DNA of 64,000 nt, taken from Candidatus Aenigmatarchaeota archaeon. GTDB lineage: Archaea > Aenigmatarchaeota > Aenigmatarchaeia > GW2011-AR5. The notes beneath the pieces were generated by a model, which made no database searches, was not told the origin of the DNA, and was given only the letters and a program-made list of their open reading frames with translations. Below are positions 49,727 through 60,937 of this stretch, piece after piece (within the stretch, counting starts at the first letter, position 1; every line of letters starts with the position of its first letter). The stretch is taken from assembly GCA_016187335.1 (NCBI GenBank), contig JACPJW010000001.1:192001-256000 (forward strand), written 5' to 3'. The position numbers and the translations under genes were made by a program.

Positions 49727-49778
49727 TCTATAACTTTGGCAGCAGGGATATTTAAGTGTGGTATCGGGGTTACTTTCT
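49115..49778 (-). mobile_element. 16S BHB intron, 664 nt (~Ec 919), with homing endonuclease gene
   Basis: AGGG/CCCU helix, GAAAGUAA/UUACUUUC stem. Confidence 0.9.
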
Positions 49779-49908
49779 TTCCCTTAAGTTTCAGCCTTGC
49801 GGCCGTAATCCCCAGGCGGCCCGTTTAACGCCTTCGCTTCGGCACCACGGATCCACGAAGGATTCGTGACACCAAACGGGCAACGTTTACAGCTAGGACT
49901 ACCGGGGT

Positions 49909-49990
49909 CTTTAGGACCCTTTTGCGATTTTATTCGCGGTAGCGTGATTTCCGTAGACGCTTTTACGCGCTTGCATGCGTAAAAGGGTCT
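49909..49990 (-). other. 16S BHB intron, 82 nt (Ec 793/794)
   Basis: UUAG/CUAA helix, GACCC/GGGUC stem. Confidence 0.88.
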
Positions 49991-50001
49991 ATCTAATCCC
50001 G

Positions 50002-50035
50002 AATGAACTCGACTAAGATTTTCGTCTTAGTTCGA
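50002..50035 (-). other. 16S micro-intron, ~34 nt (~Ec 781)
   Basis: Hairpin insertion; imperfect BHB. Confidence 0.75.
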
Positions 50036-50090
50036 TTCGCTCCCCTAGCTTTCGTCCCTCACCGTCGGACCCGTTCCAGCCAAGCGCCTT

Positions 50091-50134
50091 ACGTGGAAAC
50101 TTTTCCGTTTTGATTGAATTTTTTGAAAAGTTCA
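50091..50134 (-). other. 16S BHB micro-intron, 44 nt (~Ec 722)
   Basis: GUGG/CCAC helix; family-1 hairpin. Confidence 0.88.
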
Positions 50135-50338
50135 CGCCACAGGTGGTCCCCTACGGATTAAAAGATTTTACCCTTACCCGTAGAGTACCCTTGGCCTCTC
50201 CCGGTCCCAAGCCCGATAGTATCTCCAGCAAGCCTTACAGTTTGCTGCAAGATTTCACCAAAGACACATCGAGCCGGCTACGGACGCTTCAGGCCCAATA
50301 AACGTGACTACCCCTCGTGGCGCGGTTATTACCGCGGC

Positions 50339-50389
50339 ATCCAGATCCTTTTCCGTCAACGCTTTTGCGTCTTCAGACGTAAAAGGGTT
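50339..50389 (-). other. 16S BHB micro-intron, 51 nt (530 loop, ~Ec 523)
   Basis: CCAG/CUGG helix; family-2 hairpin. Confidence 0.88.
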
Positions 50390-50428
50390 GGCTGGCAACC
50401 GTCTTGCCCACCACTTATTCCTCCACCT

Positions 50429-50483
50429 ATGTAATCCTTTCTTCCGTTTCTTTCGCAAGCGTTTTCTTTTCGAAAGAAAAGGC
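50429..50483 (-). other. 16S helix-17 insertion, probable intron, ~55 nt
   Basis: GUAA/UUAC helix; family-2 hairpin. Confidence 0.65.
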
Positions 50484-50550
50484 TTTTACAGTGGAGAAAA
50501 GACAGCGCTAAGCGCTGCCACTCAGGGTTCCCTTGTCAGGCTTTCACCCA

Positions 50551-50600
50551 GTTTGCGAACTTTTCAGTTCCGTTTTGATGGAACTTTTCTGAAAAGTTCC
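50551..50600 (-). other. 16S BHB micro-intron, 50 nt (~Ec 374)
   Basis: UUGC/GCAA helix, GAAC/GUUC stem; family-1 hairpin. Confidence 0.88.
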
Positions 50601-50606
50601 TTGCAA

Positions 50607-50639
<33 letters not shown>

Positions 50640-51342
50640 CGTTCATGTCTCAGAACGCATCTCCGGGCTATCGCTCTCACGACCCGTACGGATTACAGCC
50701 TTGTTGAGCAATTATCTCAACAACAAGCTAATCCGCCGCAGTCCCATCGTTCAGTGCATTGCTGCTTTCAGCGAAGATGCCTTCCAGCAATTATCGCCTA
50801 TCGGGTATTATTCCCACTTTCGCAGGATTATCCCCGTCTGAACGGCAGGTTAACTACGTGTTACTGAGCAGTGCGACGAGGTCTTGCACCTCACGTCTCG
50901 CATGGCTTAGCCGAACCCTGATAAAGGTAGTCTCCGGCGGGATCAACCGGAATTGTGCGGGAAAACACAAACCCTTGTGGTTATGTGTCCCTACCATTTG
51001 ATAGAGTCTTGCCTACCCATACCTTTGTTCACTTGTAAGCATGCTTACCAGCTCATATTTATCATGCAGCGGAAGTGTTTCTTCACGAAAAAGGCTGTTG
51101 CCTTAAAATCCGAAACGACGCCTTGCTGTCATGAATAATCATTTCAGTTTTGACTCATCCGCTTTTTACAGCAGAATGTGCCGCGTAATTATTATCCAGT
51201 CAAAAGCGTTCGTAAGAACTGCTTCGCTTTAACGAGCAAGCCAGCTAGCTAGAAGTATAGTTGCCAAACTATGCCCGTCTCAATACTTTCAAGGCACGAT
51301 TCTTAGAACCGCACCACACCATCAATAAATAAAGAAGGGAAC

Positions 51343-51359
51343 TATTAAAAGGTTTTTGG
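51343..51359 (-). promoter_or_regulatory. BRE/TATA promoter of 16S
   Basis: Minus-strand CCAAAAACC-TTTTAATA. Confidence 0.6.
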
Positions 51360-51713
51360 TTGCCCGAGCCAGAACAAGTTTTGCAGCGGCATTATCCCGC
51401 GGATTTTTCTCAATAAATTGGGGACAAAACCTCTTATACTTAACTTTTTCAGCGGAAGCATTTGGTATAGTTAGGTTTTTATTCTTGCGTTAAGGAATTT
51501 TTTTGTAAGCACAAACCTGGTGATGAAACCGGAGAAACAAATCGGGTTCTGAAACAGTGAAGCGGATAAATAGGAATATATAATTATAACTTGTTTCACA
51601 TACATGGAGAACTGAGGGTTCTCCTGTATAGCTGCTCGTGGCGTAAGGCGCCTTATAAGGTTATTTACCTGGCGGACAAAGAAAATCTGTGTGATGGCTG
51701 ATGGTGTTCTGGC

Positions 51714-52028
51714 ATGGAAGAAGAAATGCTGCTTGAGATAAAGAAAGCGGAGGAGAAAGCGGAGGAAATAGTGAGGGAAGCCGAGAAAAGAAAGGGTGAA
51801 ATGATAAGGGAAGCCGGGCTTGAAGCGGCAAGGTACAGGGAACGGGAGATAGAGAAATTAAAAAAGCAGTCAGAAGAGCTCATAGCCAGGGAATCGGAAA
51901 AAATTTCCGCCAGAAGCAGGGCAATGATAAAAAAAGCGGAGGAAGACGCGAAAAATCTGGGCCCGGACAAAAGGAAGTCGGAGGAAGCGAAAAACTACCT
52001 GAAAAAAGAATTCAGGGACCTGTTTTGA
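51714..52028 (+). CDS. atpH: A-type ATP synthase subunit H (G)
   Basis: EIKKAEEKAEEIV; first gene of the operon. Confidence 0.8.
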   Translation: MEEEMLLEIKKAEEKAEEIVREAEKRKGEMIREAGLEAARYREREIEKLKKQSEELIARESEKISARSRAMIKKAEEDAKNLGPDKRKSEEAKNYLKKEFRDLF

Positions 52029-52037
52029 GGAGAGAAG

Positions 52038-53873
52038 ATGTTTTACCCGGAAAGGATGTCAAAAGTCACCGTAGCGGCGTCGAAGGCCCACATAAACGGC
52101 GTGATAAACACGCTCTACGAACTTAGGGCCCTTCATATCGAGGAATACATGCCGCGTAAAGAGGGGGACCTTCCTATAGGCTCGCCCCTGGAGGACGCCG
52201 AGCAGATATCGGAGCTTCTTGTCGACATACACTCGCTGAAAAGGATTTTCCCTTACGCCGCGGGAAAGAAAAAAACCCCGGGCAGCCTGAAGAAATTCGC
52301 AGCCTTTGTGAAAAAAATAAAGTCTGGCGCCGATTCCGTAAACCGGAAATTAAGGGAGCTGGATGAAAAAATAAAATCCAACGACAGGGAAATGGAAGAC
52401 CTGGAGTTCCTCTCAAAATGCGGCATAAACGACCCCGAGATTCTCACGGAATACAAAACGCTGCAGATGGTTTCCGGGTATGTGGGCAATCCGGAAAAGC
52501 TTTCCGTCAGCGGGGCCGCTGTTTTCCTCGGCAATGACCGCAAGAATGCGCCCGTCGTGGTGTTTTTCCGGAAGGAAAACAGGAGCGGGGTTGCGGAAGC
52601 GCTGGAAAAGGCAAGGTTCAATGAGTACAAAATCAGGTCGAAGCCGGCTGGCGGCGTGAAAGCGGCGCTGGACGCGGCAGGAAAAAAAAGAAGAAGTTTT
52701 TTGGAGGAAAGAAAGAAGCTTCTGGATGACCTGGAAAGCATCGGAAAGAAAAACTCTTCTTTTCTTAATGGCATAGAGGAAAGCCTGCTCTCGATGATAC
52801 AGCGCGCGGAATCGCCGCTCAAATTCGCAGCGGGCAAATATGTCTTCATAGTTCAGGGATGGATTCCCGAAAAGAACGCGGGAGCGCTCGCTGAAAGGAT
52901 AAGGGAAATAAGCCCGAACATTTACCTCAAGGTCGAGGAGCCCCGTGGCGACCACGGCGCTGAAGCTGCGCCGACAAAAATGAAGAACCCCAAGATTGTG
53001 AATTCGTTTGAATTTTTCCTTAACCTGTATTCGCTGCCGAAATACGACGAGATCGACCCGAGCTTCCTTATATTCCTCACGTTCCCGCTTTTCTACGGCA
53101 TGATGCTGGGCGACATAGGCTACGGGATTGTGCTTCTTGTCATCGCATCGGTCCTGCGCTTCCGAGTCAAAAAAATCCGCGCGCTGATGGACGTGACCAT
53201 ACTGTCTGCGCTGTCAACGATATTTTTCGGCTTCATCTTCGGCGAGTTTTTCGGTTCGGAGCAGGTTTTCGGGTATCACCTTGTTCCCTACCTTCACAGG
53301 CTTGAGAACGTCAACGGGCTCATCGTTGCTTCAGCGGCACTGGGCTTTTTTCACGTAAATGCCGGCATCATTCTTGGATTTGTCAACGAGCTCAGAAGCC
53401 ACGGCGCCGTGAAGGCTGTGACTGCAAAGCTGTCCTGGCTTGTGTTTGAAGCGGGGCTGATTATTTTTGCCCTCAACTCCATGAAGTTCATAGAGGTCAA
53501 TGCATACATCCCCGGGGCTCTCATGGCCGTGTCTGTTATAGGCCTGCTGAAAGGCGAAGGGTTCCGCGGCATCATAGAAATACCGTCCCTGATAGCCAAC
53601 ATTTTGTCGTATTTGCGGCTCACCGCAATAGGGCTTGCCTCTGCGTCGCTTGCCATTGTCGTGAACAAGATGGCGGGAAGCATGTTTGCTGCGGGCGGGT
53701 TTTTATTTTTTGTCGGGGTCATCGTGCTTGTGATCGGCCATACCATAAATCTCGCCCTGGGCATAATTGACGCGTTCCTGCAGTCGCTGCGCCTTCATTA
53801 TGTGGAGATGTTCACAAAATTTTACCACGGCGAGGGAAAGCCCTACAAGCCGTTCGGGGCTGGAAAGAAATGA
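52038..53873 (+). CDS. atpI: A-type ATP synthase subunit I (a)
   Basis: EIDPS, GMMLGDIGYG, LSYLRL, LQSLRLHYVEMF. Confidence 0.95.
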   Translation: MFYPERMSKVTVAASKAHINGVINTLYELRALHIEEYMPRKEGDLPIGSPLEDAEQISELLVDIHSLKRIFPYAAGKKKTPGSLKKFAAFVKKIKSGADSVNRKLRELDEKIKSNDREMEDLEFLSKCGINDPEILTEYKTLQMVSGYVGNPEKLSVSGAAVFLGNDRKNAPVVVFFRKENRSGVAEALEKARFNEYKIRSKPAGGVKAALDAAGKKRRSFLEERKKLLDDLESIGKKNSSFLNGIEESLLSMIQRAESPLKFAAGKYVFIVQGWIPEKNAGALAERIREISPNIYLKVEEPRGDHGAEAAPTKMKNPKIVNSFEFFLNLYSLPKYDEIDPSFLIFLTFPLFYGMMLGDIGYGIVLLVIASVLRFRVKKIRALMDVTILSALSTIFFGFIFGEFFGSEQVFGYHLVPYLHRLENVNGLIVASAALGFFHVNAGIILGFVNELRSHGAVKAVTAKLSWLVFEAGLIIFALNSMKFIEVNAYIPGALMAVSVIGLLKGEGFRGIIEIPSLIANILSYLRLTAIGLASASLAIVVNKMAGSMFAAGGFLFFVGVIVLVIGHTINLALGIIDAFLQSLRLHYVEMFTKFYHGEGKPYKPFGAGKK

Positions 53874-53940
53874 TATTTTTGATGTTTTTTGATGTTTTTT
53901 GATTAAACTTTTTTCGAAAAAGTTTAGGAGGTAGAAAAAA

Positions 53941-54156
53941 ATGGTTGAAACAATAGCGGCGGTCGGGGCGGCGGTTGCAATAGGCGTGACGGCTCTGGCT
54001 GCGGCATGGGCGGAGAAAGAAATAGGCACAGCGGCCATAGGCGCGCTGGCAGAGAAAGAAGAGCTATTCAGCAAGGTGCTGATACTTACGGTAATACCTG
54101 AAACTATCGTAATTTTCGGCCTTGTTGTTGCGCTCCAGATATTGAGCGCTGCCTGA
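53941..54156 (+). CDS. atpK: A-type ATP synthase subunit K (c)
   Basis: IPETIVIFG with the ion-binding Glu. Confidence 0.95.
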   Translation: MVETIAAVGAAVAIGVTALAAAWAEKEIGTAAIGALAEKEELFSKVLILTVIPETIVIFGLVVALQILSAA

Positions 54157-54264
54157 TGCGGCAACAAGCTTTTTGTTGTCCGCATTCTGAAAACCGGAGG
54201 TTTTCAGAAATCTCAGGAGTATCTGCTTTCTGCAGATTTAGGACACTTTTGGCAGCAGTAGAAG

Positions 54265-54831
54265 GTGATTGAGATAGAAATCCGGAAGGTCGTGGAAGAG
54301 GTCATAAGCGAAGCGAAGAGAAAAGCCGAAGAAATACTGGAAGAAGGCGGCAGGGAAAGGGAAAGGATCCTCTTCGAGGCGAGAAAGGAGGTTGAAATGA
54401 AAAAAGATGAGATGCAGAAAGAGGCAGACCTGGCTGTAAAAAAAATTGAAACGATCGAGGCGACAAAATCCAGGATGGACTCAAAGGAAATACTGCAGAA
54501 GACCAGGATGAAAATAATAGAGGACATTTACAGGGAGTTCTACGGCGGGCTGGATGTCGAAGGCACGCTGAAGTCGATGCACAGCATAGGCATCAAAAGC
54601 ATAAAGAATGCGGGGGCTGTGTACGTATCCGAAAATGACTTTGAAGCCGCGAAAAGGATTTTCCCGGACGTGAAGAAAAGCGGGATAAAAGGCGGAATCG
54701 TCATAGAAAGCGCCGACGGCAGGGAGAGCGTCAACCTGAGCATGGAAGTCATTGACGAGATTTTCAGGAACAGGACGTTCCCGGGCGTTTATGAAATTCT
54801 TTTTGGAGAGAGGAAGGCGAAGGCAAAATGA
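54265..54831 (+). CDS. atpE: A-type ATP synthase subunit E
   Basis: N-terminal coiled coil, IKGGIVIES. Confidence 0.85.
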   Translation: MIEIEIRKVVEEVISEAKRKAEEILEEGGRERERILFEARKEVEMKKDEMQKEADLAVKKIETIEATKSRMDSKEILQKTRMKIIEDIYREFYGGLDVEGTLKSMHSIGIKSIKNAGAVYVSENDFEAAKRIFPDVKKSGIKGGIVIESADGRESVNLSMEVIDEIFRNRTFPGVYEILFGERKAKAK

Positions 54832-55895
54832 TCAGAAAAGCGCCGCCCGGGAAGAAGTCCGGAGGAAAGAAAAAGGGCGCGAAGCTGAGATTCGGGACAT
54901 ACCCTTACACGGCAGTGAGGGTTCTTGCCATGAAGTCGGCGCTTCTCGGGAAGGACGATTACATGAGGATGCAGAAAATGGGCATGAACGAAATCATAAG
55001 GTTCCTTGCCGAAGGCGAATACAAAAGCGAGATAGAAATCCTTTCAAAGAGTTTCCGCGGCATTGAGCTGGTGAATTTGTCGCTGAACCTGAACCTTGCG
55101 GCGACCGTCAACAAGCTCCTGAGGATATCCATACATGACGAAGTCAAGGGGATGATAAGGCTCTACTCCAACAAATGGGTCGTCAGCAACCTCAAGACCG
55201 TCTTGCGCGTAAAGATGAACGCCCTTGACAGCGGTTACATAAGGTACGGGATAATACCAATAGAGCCGGCAACTTATGAGTTCTGCAGGGCTCTTTACGA
55301 ATCCGAGCCGAGGGCAATGGCAAGGGAGATTGAAAAGATAATGTTTATTGACGCTTCAGAAACTGAAAGCCTGCTGCAGGAAGGAAACCTGATGTCCCTG
55401 GAAAATGCGCTTGACAGGGAATACTACAAAACGCTTTACGCTGCTTCAAGGAACGTGAAGTCAAAATTCATAAAGGAGTTCCTGCAGAATCTTGTTGAGC
55501 TCATGAATATAAGGAACGTCGTCAAGCTCAGGATATCCGGTGTTGACAGGAAAACCGCCCTGGATTTCGTTATCGGCGACAGGAGCAGGCTCGTATCAAA
55601 GCTTCTTGACGCTTCTGATGCAGAAAAAATCAGGGGCGTTCTCGGGGAAAGCAGGTACTCCGCGCTGAGCAAAGGAATCGAGGAGGACATTGCGAACCTT
55701 GAAAATAACCTGGAGAACTTCCTGCTCCGGTATTCGTCAAAGCTGCTCCATTCAAAGCAGATGTCGATATCGCCTATATTCGGCTACCTGCTCGCGAAGG
55801 AGATAGAAATCCGCAACCTCAGGCTGATGCTCAACTCGCGCGATGCCGGGCTTGAGGAGGATTTCGTGAATAAAAACCTGATAATTTCCGCGTGA
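54828..55895 (+). CDS. atpC: A-type ATP synthase subunit C
   Basis: YPYTAVRVLAMKS, GYLLAKEIEIRNLR. Confidence 0.92.
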   Translation: MIRKAPPGKKSGGKKKGAKLRFGTYPYTAVRVLAMKSALLGKDDYMRMQKMGMNEIIRFLAEGEYKSEIEILSKSFRGIELVNLSLNLNLAATVNKLLRISIHDEVKGMIRLYSNKWVVSNLKTVLRVKMNALDSGYIRYGIIPIEPATYEFCRALYESEPRAMAREIEKIMFIDASETESLLQEGNLMSLENALDREYYKTLYAASRNVKSKFIKEFLQNLVELMNIRNVVKLRISGVDRKTALDFVIGDRSRLVSKLLDASDAEKIRGVLGESRYSALSKGIEEDIANLENNLENFLLRYSSKLLHSKQMSISPIFGYLLAKEIEIRNLRLMLNSRDAGLEEDFVNKNLIISA

Positions 55896-55927
55896 TGATT
55901 TTTGTTAAAAAGTTTGGAGGGTATGAT

Positions 55928-56233
55928 ATGGAGATAGCCGTAATCGGAAGCGAGAGTTTTATTTTGGGCTTTCATATAGCGGGCGTAAGCAAGGGCTTCG
56001 TCGTCGAAAAGGACACGGCAAACAGGACGTTCGAGTCTGTAATGAATACCGAAGGGGTGGGCATCGTTGTGATGGACAAAAGCACTTTTGAGATGCTGAG
56101 CGAAAGGAACAAAGAAACGGCAATGACGAAAGTCAAGCCGACTGTCGTGACATTGTCGCACGACGTCGGGGGGGAAAGCAACCTGCGCCTGATGATAAAG
56201 CGCTCCCTTGGCGTCGACCTGTGGAAAGATTGA
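55928..56233 (+). CDS. atpF: A-type ATP synthase subunit F
   Basis: MEIAVIG, GFHIAGV, IKRSLGVDL. Confidence 0.92.
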   Translation: MEIAVIGSESFILGFHIAGVSKGFVVEKDTANRTFESVMNTEGVGIVVMDKSTFEMLSERNKETAMTKVKPTVVTLSHDVGGESNLRLMIKRSLGVDLWKD

Positions 56234-56242
56234 GTGGTGATT

Positions 56243-57967
56243 ATGGCAAGAATATACCGCGTTTCCGGCCCTGTCGTGATAGCCGAAGGCCTTGACGCAA
56301 AGATGTATGACGTGGTGAAAGTAGGAGAAGGCAGGTTAGTCGGCGAGGTCATCCAGATAAAAGGCGACAAGACGACCATCCAGGTTTATGAAGACACATC
56401 CGGCCTTAAACCAGGCGAGCCTGTCGAAAACACGGGCCAACCGCTTGCTGTTGAACTCGGACCGGGATTGCTGAGAAGCATTTACGACGGAATACAGCGG
56501 CCGCTCCCGGCGCTGCAGCAAATGATGGGTGATTTCATCTTGCGCGGTGCGTCCGTGCCGCCTTTAGACAGGAAAAAGAAATGGCACTTCGTTCCGAAAA
56601 AGAAAAAAGGCGATGAAGTAAAGCCCGGTGATATTCTAGGCGTCGTCAAAGAAAGCGAAGTCATTGAGCACAGGGTTCTTGCGCCGGGTGTTTCAGGAAA
56701 GCTTGCAGAAATTAAAGAGGGGGATTTCACTGTTGAAGATGCTATCGCCGTTGTTGATGGCAAGGAAATAAAAATGTACCAGAAGTGGCCGATAAGGATC
56801 CCGCGAGCAGTGAAGGACAAATTAATGCCTAATGAACCTTTGCTGACAGGCCAGCGCATCATAGATGGTTTGTTTCCTGTTGCTAAAGGCGGCACTGCTT
56901 CAATGCCCGGTCCTTTCGGCGCGGGAAAAACGGTAATGGGTCATTCCCTCGCGAAGTGGAGCGATGTTGATGTTTTCGTTTACATAGGATGCGGGGAGCG
57001 CGGCAACGAGATGACGGAAGTGCTGAAGGATTTCCCTGTCCTTGTTGATCCTAAATCAGGCAAGCCGCTGATGGAGAGAACAGTTTTGATAGCGAACACT
57101 AGCAACATGCCTGTTGCCGCAAGGGAAGCGAGCATATACACCGGCATCACTATTGCCGAATACTTCAGGGATATGGGCTATGATGTCGCGCTGATGGCCG
57201 ACTCAACTTCGCGATGGGCCGAAGCGATGCGCGAGATATCATCGCGCCTGGAAGAAATGCCGGGCGAGGAAGGCTATCCGGCTTACTTGTCTGCGCGCCT
57301 GTCGGAGTTTTATGAAAGGGCCGGCAGGGCTGTCCTGCTCAACGGGAACAATGGTTCAGTAACGGTCATAGGCGCCGTGTCGCCGCCTGGCGGCGACTTG
57401 TCAGAGCCCGTCACCCAGGCAACGCTGCGCGTCACAAAAGTTTTCTGGGCGCTCGACGCAAGGCTCGCAAACCGCAGGCACTTCCCTTCAATCAACTGGC
57501 TGAATTCCTACAGCCAGTACGAGGAAATGATAAACGAATGGTACAAGAAGAACGTTGCAATTGACTGGCCGGATTACGTGAAAGAAATCAAAAAAATCCT
57601 CACGGAAGAGGAAAAGCTGCAGGAAATCGTGCAGCTTATAGGAAGCGACGCCTTGCCGGAAAGAGAACAGCTGACGCTGGACATCGCGCGCCTGATAAGG
57701 GAATTCTTCCTGCAGCAGAGCGCGTATCATGAGGTGGATTCGTACAGCGACCTGAAAAAGAGCTACAGGATCATGAAATCAATAATGTATTACGCCGAGC
57801 AGGCAAGGCTCGCGCTCAAGGCGGGCGTGCCGGTCAAGCAGCTGCTGGCAATAAAGGCGAAGTCAAAGATCGGCGAGGCGAAATTCAACAAGGATTACGA
57901 GAAAATTCTGGGCGGCGCCGAAAAGGAAATCAGCTCAGAGGTTGAAAGCCTGATAAAGAACAAATAG
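56243..57967 (+). CDS. atpA: A-type ATP synthase subunit A (no intein)
   Basis: [26 protein letters not shown]. Confidence 0.98.
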   Translation: MARIYRVSGPVVIAEGLDAKMYDVVKVGEGRLVGEVIQIKGDKTTIQVYEDTSGLKPGEPVENTGQPLAVELGPGLLRSIYDGIQRPLPALQQMMGDFILRGASVPPLDRKKKWHFVPKKKKGDEVKPGDILGVVKESEVIEHRVLAPGVSGKLAEIKEGDFTVEDAIAVVDGKEIKMYQKWPIRIPRAVKDKLMPNEPLLTGQRIIDGLFPVAKGGTASMPGPFGAGKTVMGHSLAKWSDVDVFVYIGCGERGNEMTEVLKDFPVLVDPKSGKPLMERTVLIANTSNMPVAAREASIYTGITIAEYFRDMGYDVALMADSTSRWAEAMREISSRLEEMPGEEGYPAYLSARLSEFYERAGRAVLLNGNNGSVTVIGAVSPPGGDLSEPVTQATLRVTKVFWALDARLANRRHFPSINWLNSYSQYEEMINEWYKKNVAIDWPDYVKEIKKILTEEEKLQEIVQLIGSDALPEREQLTLDIARLIREFFLQQSAYHEVDSYSDLKKSYRIMKSIMYYAEQARLALKAGVPVKQLLAIKAKSKIGEAKFNKDYEKILGGAEKEISSEVESLIKNK

Positions 57968-57975
57968 CGGAGGTT

Positions 57976-59364
57976 ATGATTGTGGACGTTGAATCGCTGA
58001 AAGAGTACAGGACTATTGCAAGCGTAGCGGGGCCTTTGATATTCGTTGAGAAAACGCATCCCGTCGGCTACGGCGAGCTTGTAAGCATAACAATGCCTGA
58101 CGGCGGAAAAAGACTAGGGCAGGTTCTTGACACGTCCAGCGATATTGTAGTTGTCCAGAGCTTTGAGGGGACAAGCGGCATAGACAGGACTGCAAAGGTG
58201 CGGTTTCTCGGCGACGTCATAAGGCTCAAGGTGGGCGAGGAAATGCTCGGCCGCGTCTTTGACGGGACAGGAAAGCCGGTTGACGGAAAGCCCGAGATAA
58301 TTCCCGAGGAAGAGTCAGATATAACAGGCAGCGCGATAAACCCGTACTCCAGAGCATCGCCGGAGGAGTTCATACAAACCGGCATATCGACAATAGATTT
58401 CATGAACACGCTTGTCAGGGGCCAGAAGCTCCCTATTTTCTCCGGTTCCGGCCTGCCTCACAACGATATAGCGCTGCAGATAGCAAGGCAGGCAAAAGTC
58501 TTGGGCCACGAAGAAAAGTTCGCCGTTGTCTTTGCGGCTATGGGCATTACCAACGAAGAGGCGAAAAAATTCATAGCAAGCTTTGAGGAAACAAACTCGC
58601 TCGAGCGCGTCGTTGTGTTCCTTAATCTCGCTAACGACCCGGCCATAGAAAGGCTGATAACGCCGCGCCTCGCGCTGACAGCCGCGGAATTCCTGGCTTA
58701 CAAAAAGGGCATGCACGTGCTGGTTATACTTACTGACATGACAACTTACTGCGACGCGCTGAGGGAAATAAGCGCGGCAAGGGAAGAAATACCCGCAAGG
58801 CGCGGATATCCGGGGTATATGTACACGGACCTCGCGACGATATACGAGCGTGCGGGCATGATAAAGGGAAACAAGGGGAGCATAACGCAGCTGCCTATCG
58901 TTACCATGGTGGGCGACGACATAACGCATCCGATTCCCGACCTTACGGGTTACATCACTGAAGGGCAGATTGTGCTTTCCCGCGAACTGCACAGGCGGGG
59001 AATTTATCCTCCTATTGACGTGCTGCCTTCTTTATCACGCCTTATGAACCAGGGCATCGGCAAAGGGAAGACCAGGGAGGACCACAGGCAGGTAAGCGAC
59101 CAGCTGTACGCGTTTTACGCCGAGGGCCGCGACCTCAGGAGCCTTGCATCCATCGTGGGCGAGGAAGCGCTTTCGGAAAGGGACAAGAGGCTTCTTGCGT
59201 TCGCGGAACAGTTTGAACTGCGCTTCGTCAACCAGGGAATAAGGGAGGACAGGAGCATTGAGCAGACAATGCAGCTGGCATGGCAGTTGCTGTCAATGCT
59301 TCCGGAAGAGGACCTGACAAGGATTTCTTCCGAATTCAAGGCGAAGTATTACCCGAAAAAATAA
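57976..59364 (+). CDS. atpB: A-type ATP synthase subunit B
   Basis: [37 protein letters not shown]. Confidence 0.98.
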   Translation: MIVDVESLKEYRTIASVAGPLIFVEKTHPVGYGELVSITMPDGGKRLGQVLDTSSDIVVVQSFEGTSGIDRTAKVRFLGDVIRLKVGEEMLGRVFDGTGKPVDGKPEIIPEEESDITGSAINPYSRASPEEFIQTGISTIDFMNTLVRGQKLPIFSGSGLPHNDIALQIARQAKVLGHEEKFAVVFAAMGITNEEAKKFIASFEETNSLERVVVFLNLANDPAIERLITPRLALTAAEFLAYKKGMHVLVILTDMTTYCDALREISAAREEIPARRGYPGYMYTDLATIYERAGMIKGNKGSITQLPIVTMVGDDITHPIPDLTGYITEGQIVLSRELHRRGIYPPIDVLPSLSRLMNQGIGKGKTREDHRQVSDQLYAFYAEGRDLRSLASIVGEEALSERDKRLLAFAEQFELRFVNQGIREDRSIEQTMQLAWQLLSMLPEEDLTRISSEFKAKYYPKK

Positions 59365-59380
59365 ATGGTACGGGAAAATT

Positions 59381-60010
59381 ATGGCAGCAATGAACGTGAA
59401 GCCGACCAGGTCCGAGCTTATCAAGCTCAGGAAAAGCATAAAGCTGGCCGAGTCAGGGTACAAGCTCCTGAAAAAGAAAAGGGACGGCCTTATTCTGGAG
59501 TTTTTTAACGCATTGAAGGACGCAAAGGACGTGAGAAAGGAGCTGAACGAAAAATACAATATTGCGTACAAAAAGCTGCAGCATTCCATAGCTTTGGACG
59601 GGATCGTGGAAATAAAGACGCTGTCAATGGCGCTGAAGGAAAGGCCGTCGGTGGAATTGGAAGTAAGGAACGTGATGGGCGTCAGCATACCTGTCATAAA
59701 GCACGGGACCATAAGGAAGAGCCTGATGGAGCGCGGATACGGCCTGTTCTCGTCGTCAATAAGGATGGAGGAAACTGCCAAGTCCTATGAAGAGCTTCTG
59801 GAGCTTATTGTGAAGACCGCGGAAACGGAAACAAAGCTGAGGAATATTCTTATTGAGATAGAAAAAACGAAGAGGAGGGTGAATTCACTGGAGTACATAG
59901 TGATTCCCCGTCTGAAGGAAGCTGCCGCCTTCATCGCCTTCCGCCTGGAAGAACTGGACCGTGAGAACATTTTCAGGCTGAAGAAAATAAAGCAGAAGAT
60001 AACCGTTTGA
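59381..60010 (+). CDS. atpD: A-type ATP synthase subunit D
   Basis: KPTRSEL, LLKKKRDGL, KTKRRVNSLE. Confidence 0.96.
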   Translation: MAAMNVKPTRSELIKLRKSIKLAESGYKLLKKKRDGLILEFFNALKDAKDVRKELNEKYNIAYKKLQHSIALDGIVEIKTLSMALKERPSVELEVRNVMGVSIPVIKHGTIRKSLMERGYGLFSSSIRMEETAKSYEELLELIVKTAETETKLRNILIEIEKTKRRVNSLEYIVIPRLKEAAAFIAFRLEELDRENIFRLKKIKQKITV

Positions 60011-60028
60011 TGATTTCTGGATGATATT

Positions 60029-60412
60029 ATGAGCCACGGGAAATTCGCCACTGCAATCAATTGCATAGACGGGCGATGCCAGGTTCCTGTATCTGCCTGG
60101 ATGAAAGAACATTTTGGAATTGATTATGTCGACAGAATAACCGAGCCGGGACCGGACAAAGTGCTTTCAGGCGGCTCCGCGGAAAATATAGAATCAATAA
60201 AGCGCAAAGTGATGGTTTCCGTAAATGCCCACAAATCCCGTGTAATTGCAATTGCAGCCCATCACGACTGCGCGGGCAATCCCGTTTCCATGGAAGACCA
60301 CTGGGAACAGCTGAGAAAATGCGTCGTGATTGTGAAATCATGGAAGCTTCCTGTGAAAGTAGTCGGTCTCTGGGTAAACGAAGAATGGAACGTAGAAGTT
60401 GTTGATGCCTGA
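60029..60412 (+). CDS. Putative beta-carbonic-anhydrase-like metalloprotein
   Basis: NCIDGR...HHDCAG (Cys/His/Cys). Confidence 0.75.
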   Translation: MSHGKFATAINCIDGRCQVPVSAWMKEHFGIDYVDRITEPGPDKVLSGGSAENIESIKRKVMVSVNAHKSRVIAIAAHHDCAGNPVSMEDHWEQLRKCVVIVKSWKLPVKVVGLWVNEEWNVEVVDA

Positions 60413-60454
60413 AATTCAAAGATAAATTAAAACGTAAGCAAGCCGTTTCCTGGT

Positions 60455-60858
60455 TTACGTCAGCAATTTCTTTTCCAGCAGTTCCTTTACGTAAATGTCC
60501 ATATTTTCCAGTTTTTCCAGTTCGTTGTATGAAACCCACCTGAATTCTGTGTTGTCGTCGTTGAGCTTCGGTTCGCCATTAATTTTCCCTAAATACGTTA
60601 ACCGGACAACATGCCTTCCCGGCACGCGCAAAATATCCTGCGCAGCAATCAATTTAGGCTCCTCTTCAAGAACAAGCCCTGTCTCTTCCTTTACCTCGCG
60701 CTTTAAGTTCTCTAAAAGCGTCTGGCCGGGATTGATTCTTCCGCCGGGAATGTCCCACCTTGCGCCGACTTCGGGGTATTTGTCAGCAGATCTTTTTACT
60801 ATCAGGTATTTTCCTTCCCTGTTCTTCAGCAGTATCTTGACGCCGACTTGCAGTTCCA
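60455..60858 (-). CDS. NUDIX hydrolase
   Basis: PGGRINPGQTLLENLKREVKEETG. Confidence 0.92.
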
Positions 60859-60937
60859 TGACATCACAACCCTTTTGTTCACTTCGTTCACAAAATCCTT
60901 GCAAACAGAATCGAAAGATTCTGTTGCACAGCAGAAC

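Noticed and set aside
56243-57967. Intein in AtpA
   Set aside because: Length and motifs are continuous; no insertion at the P-loop
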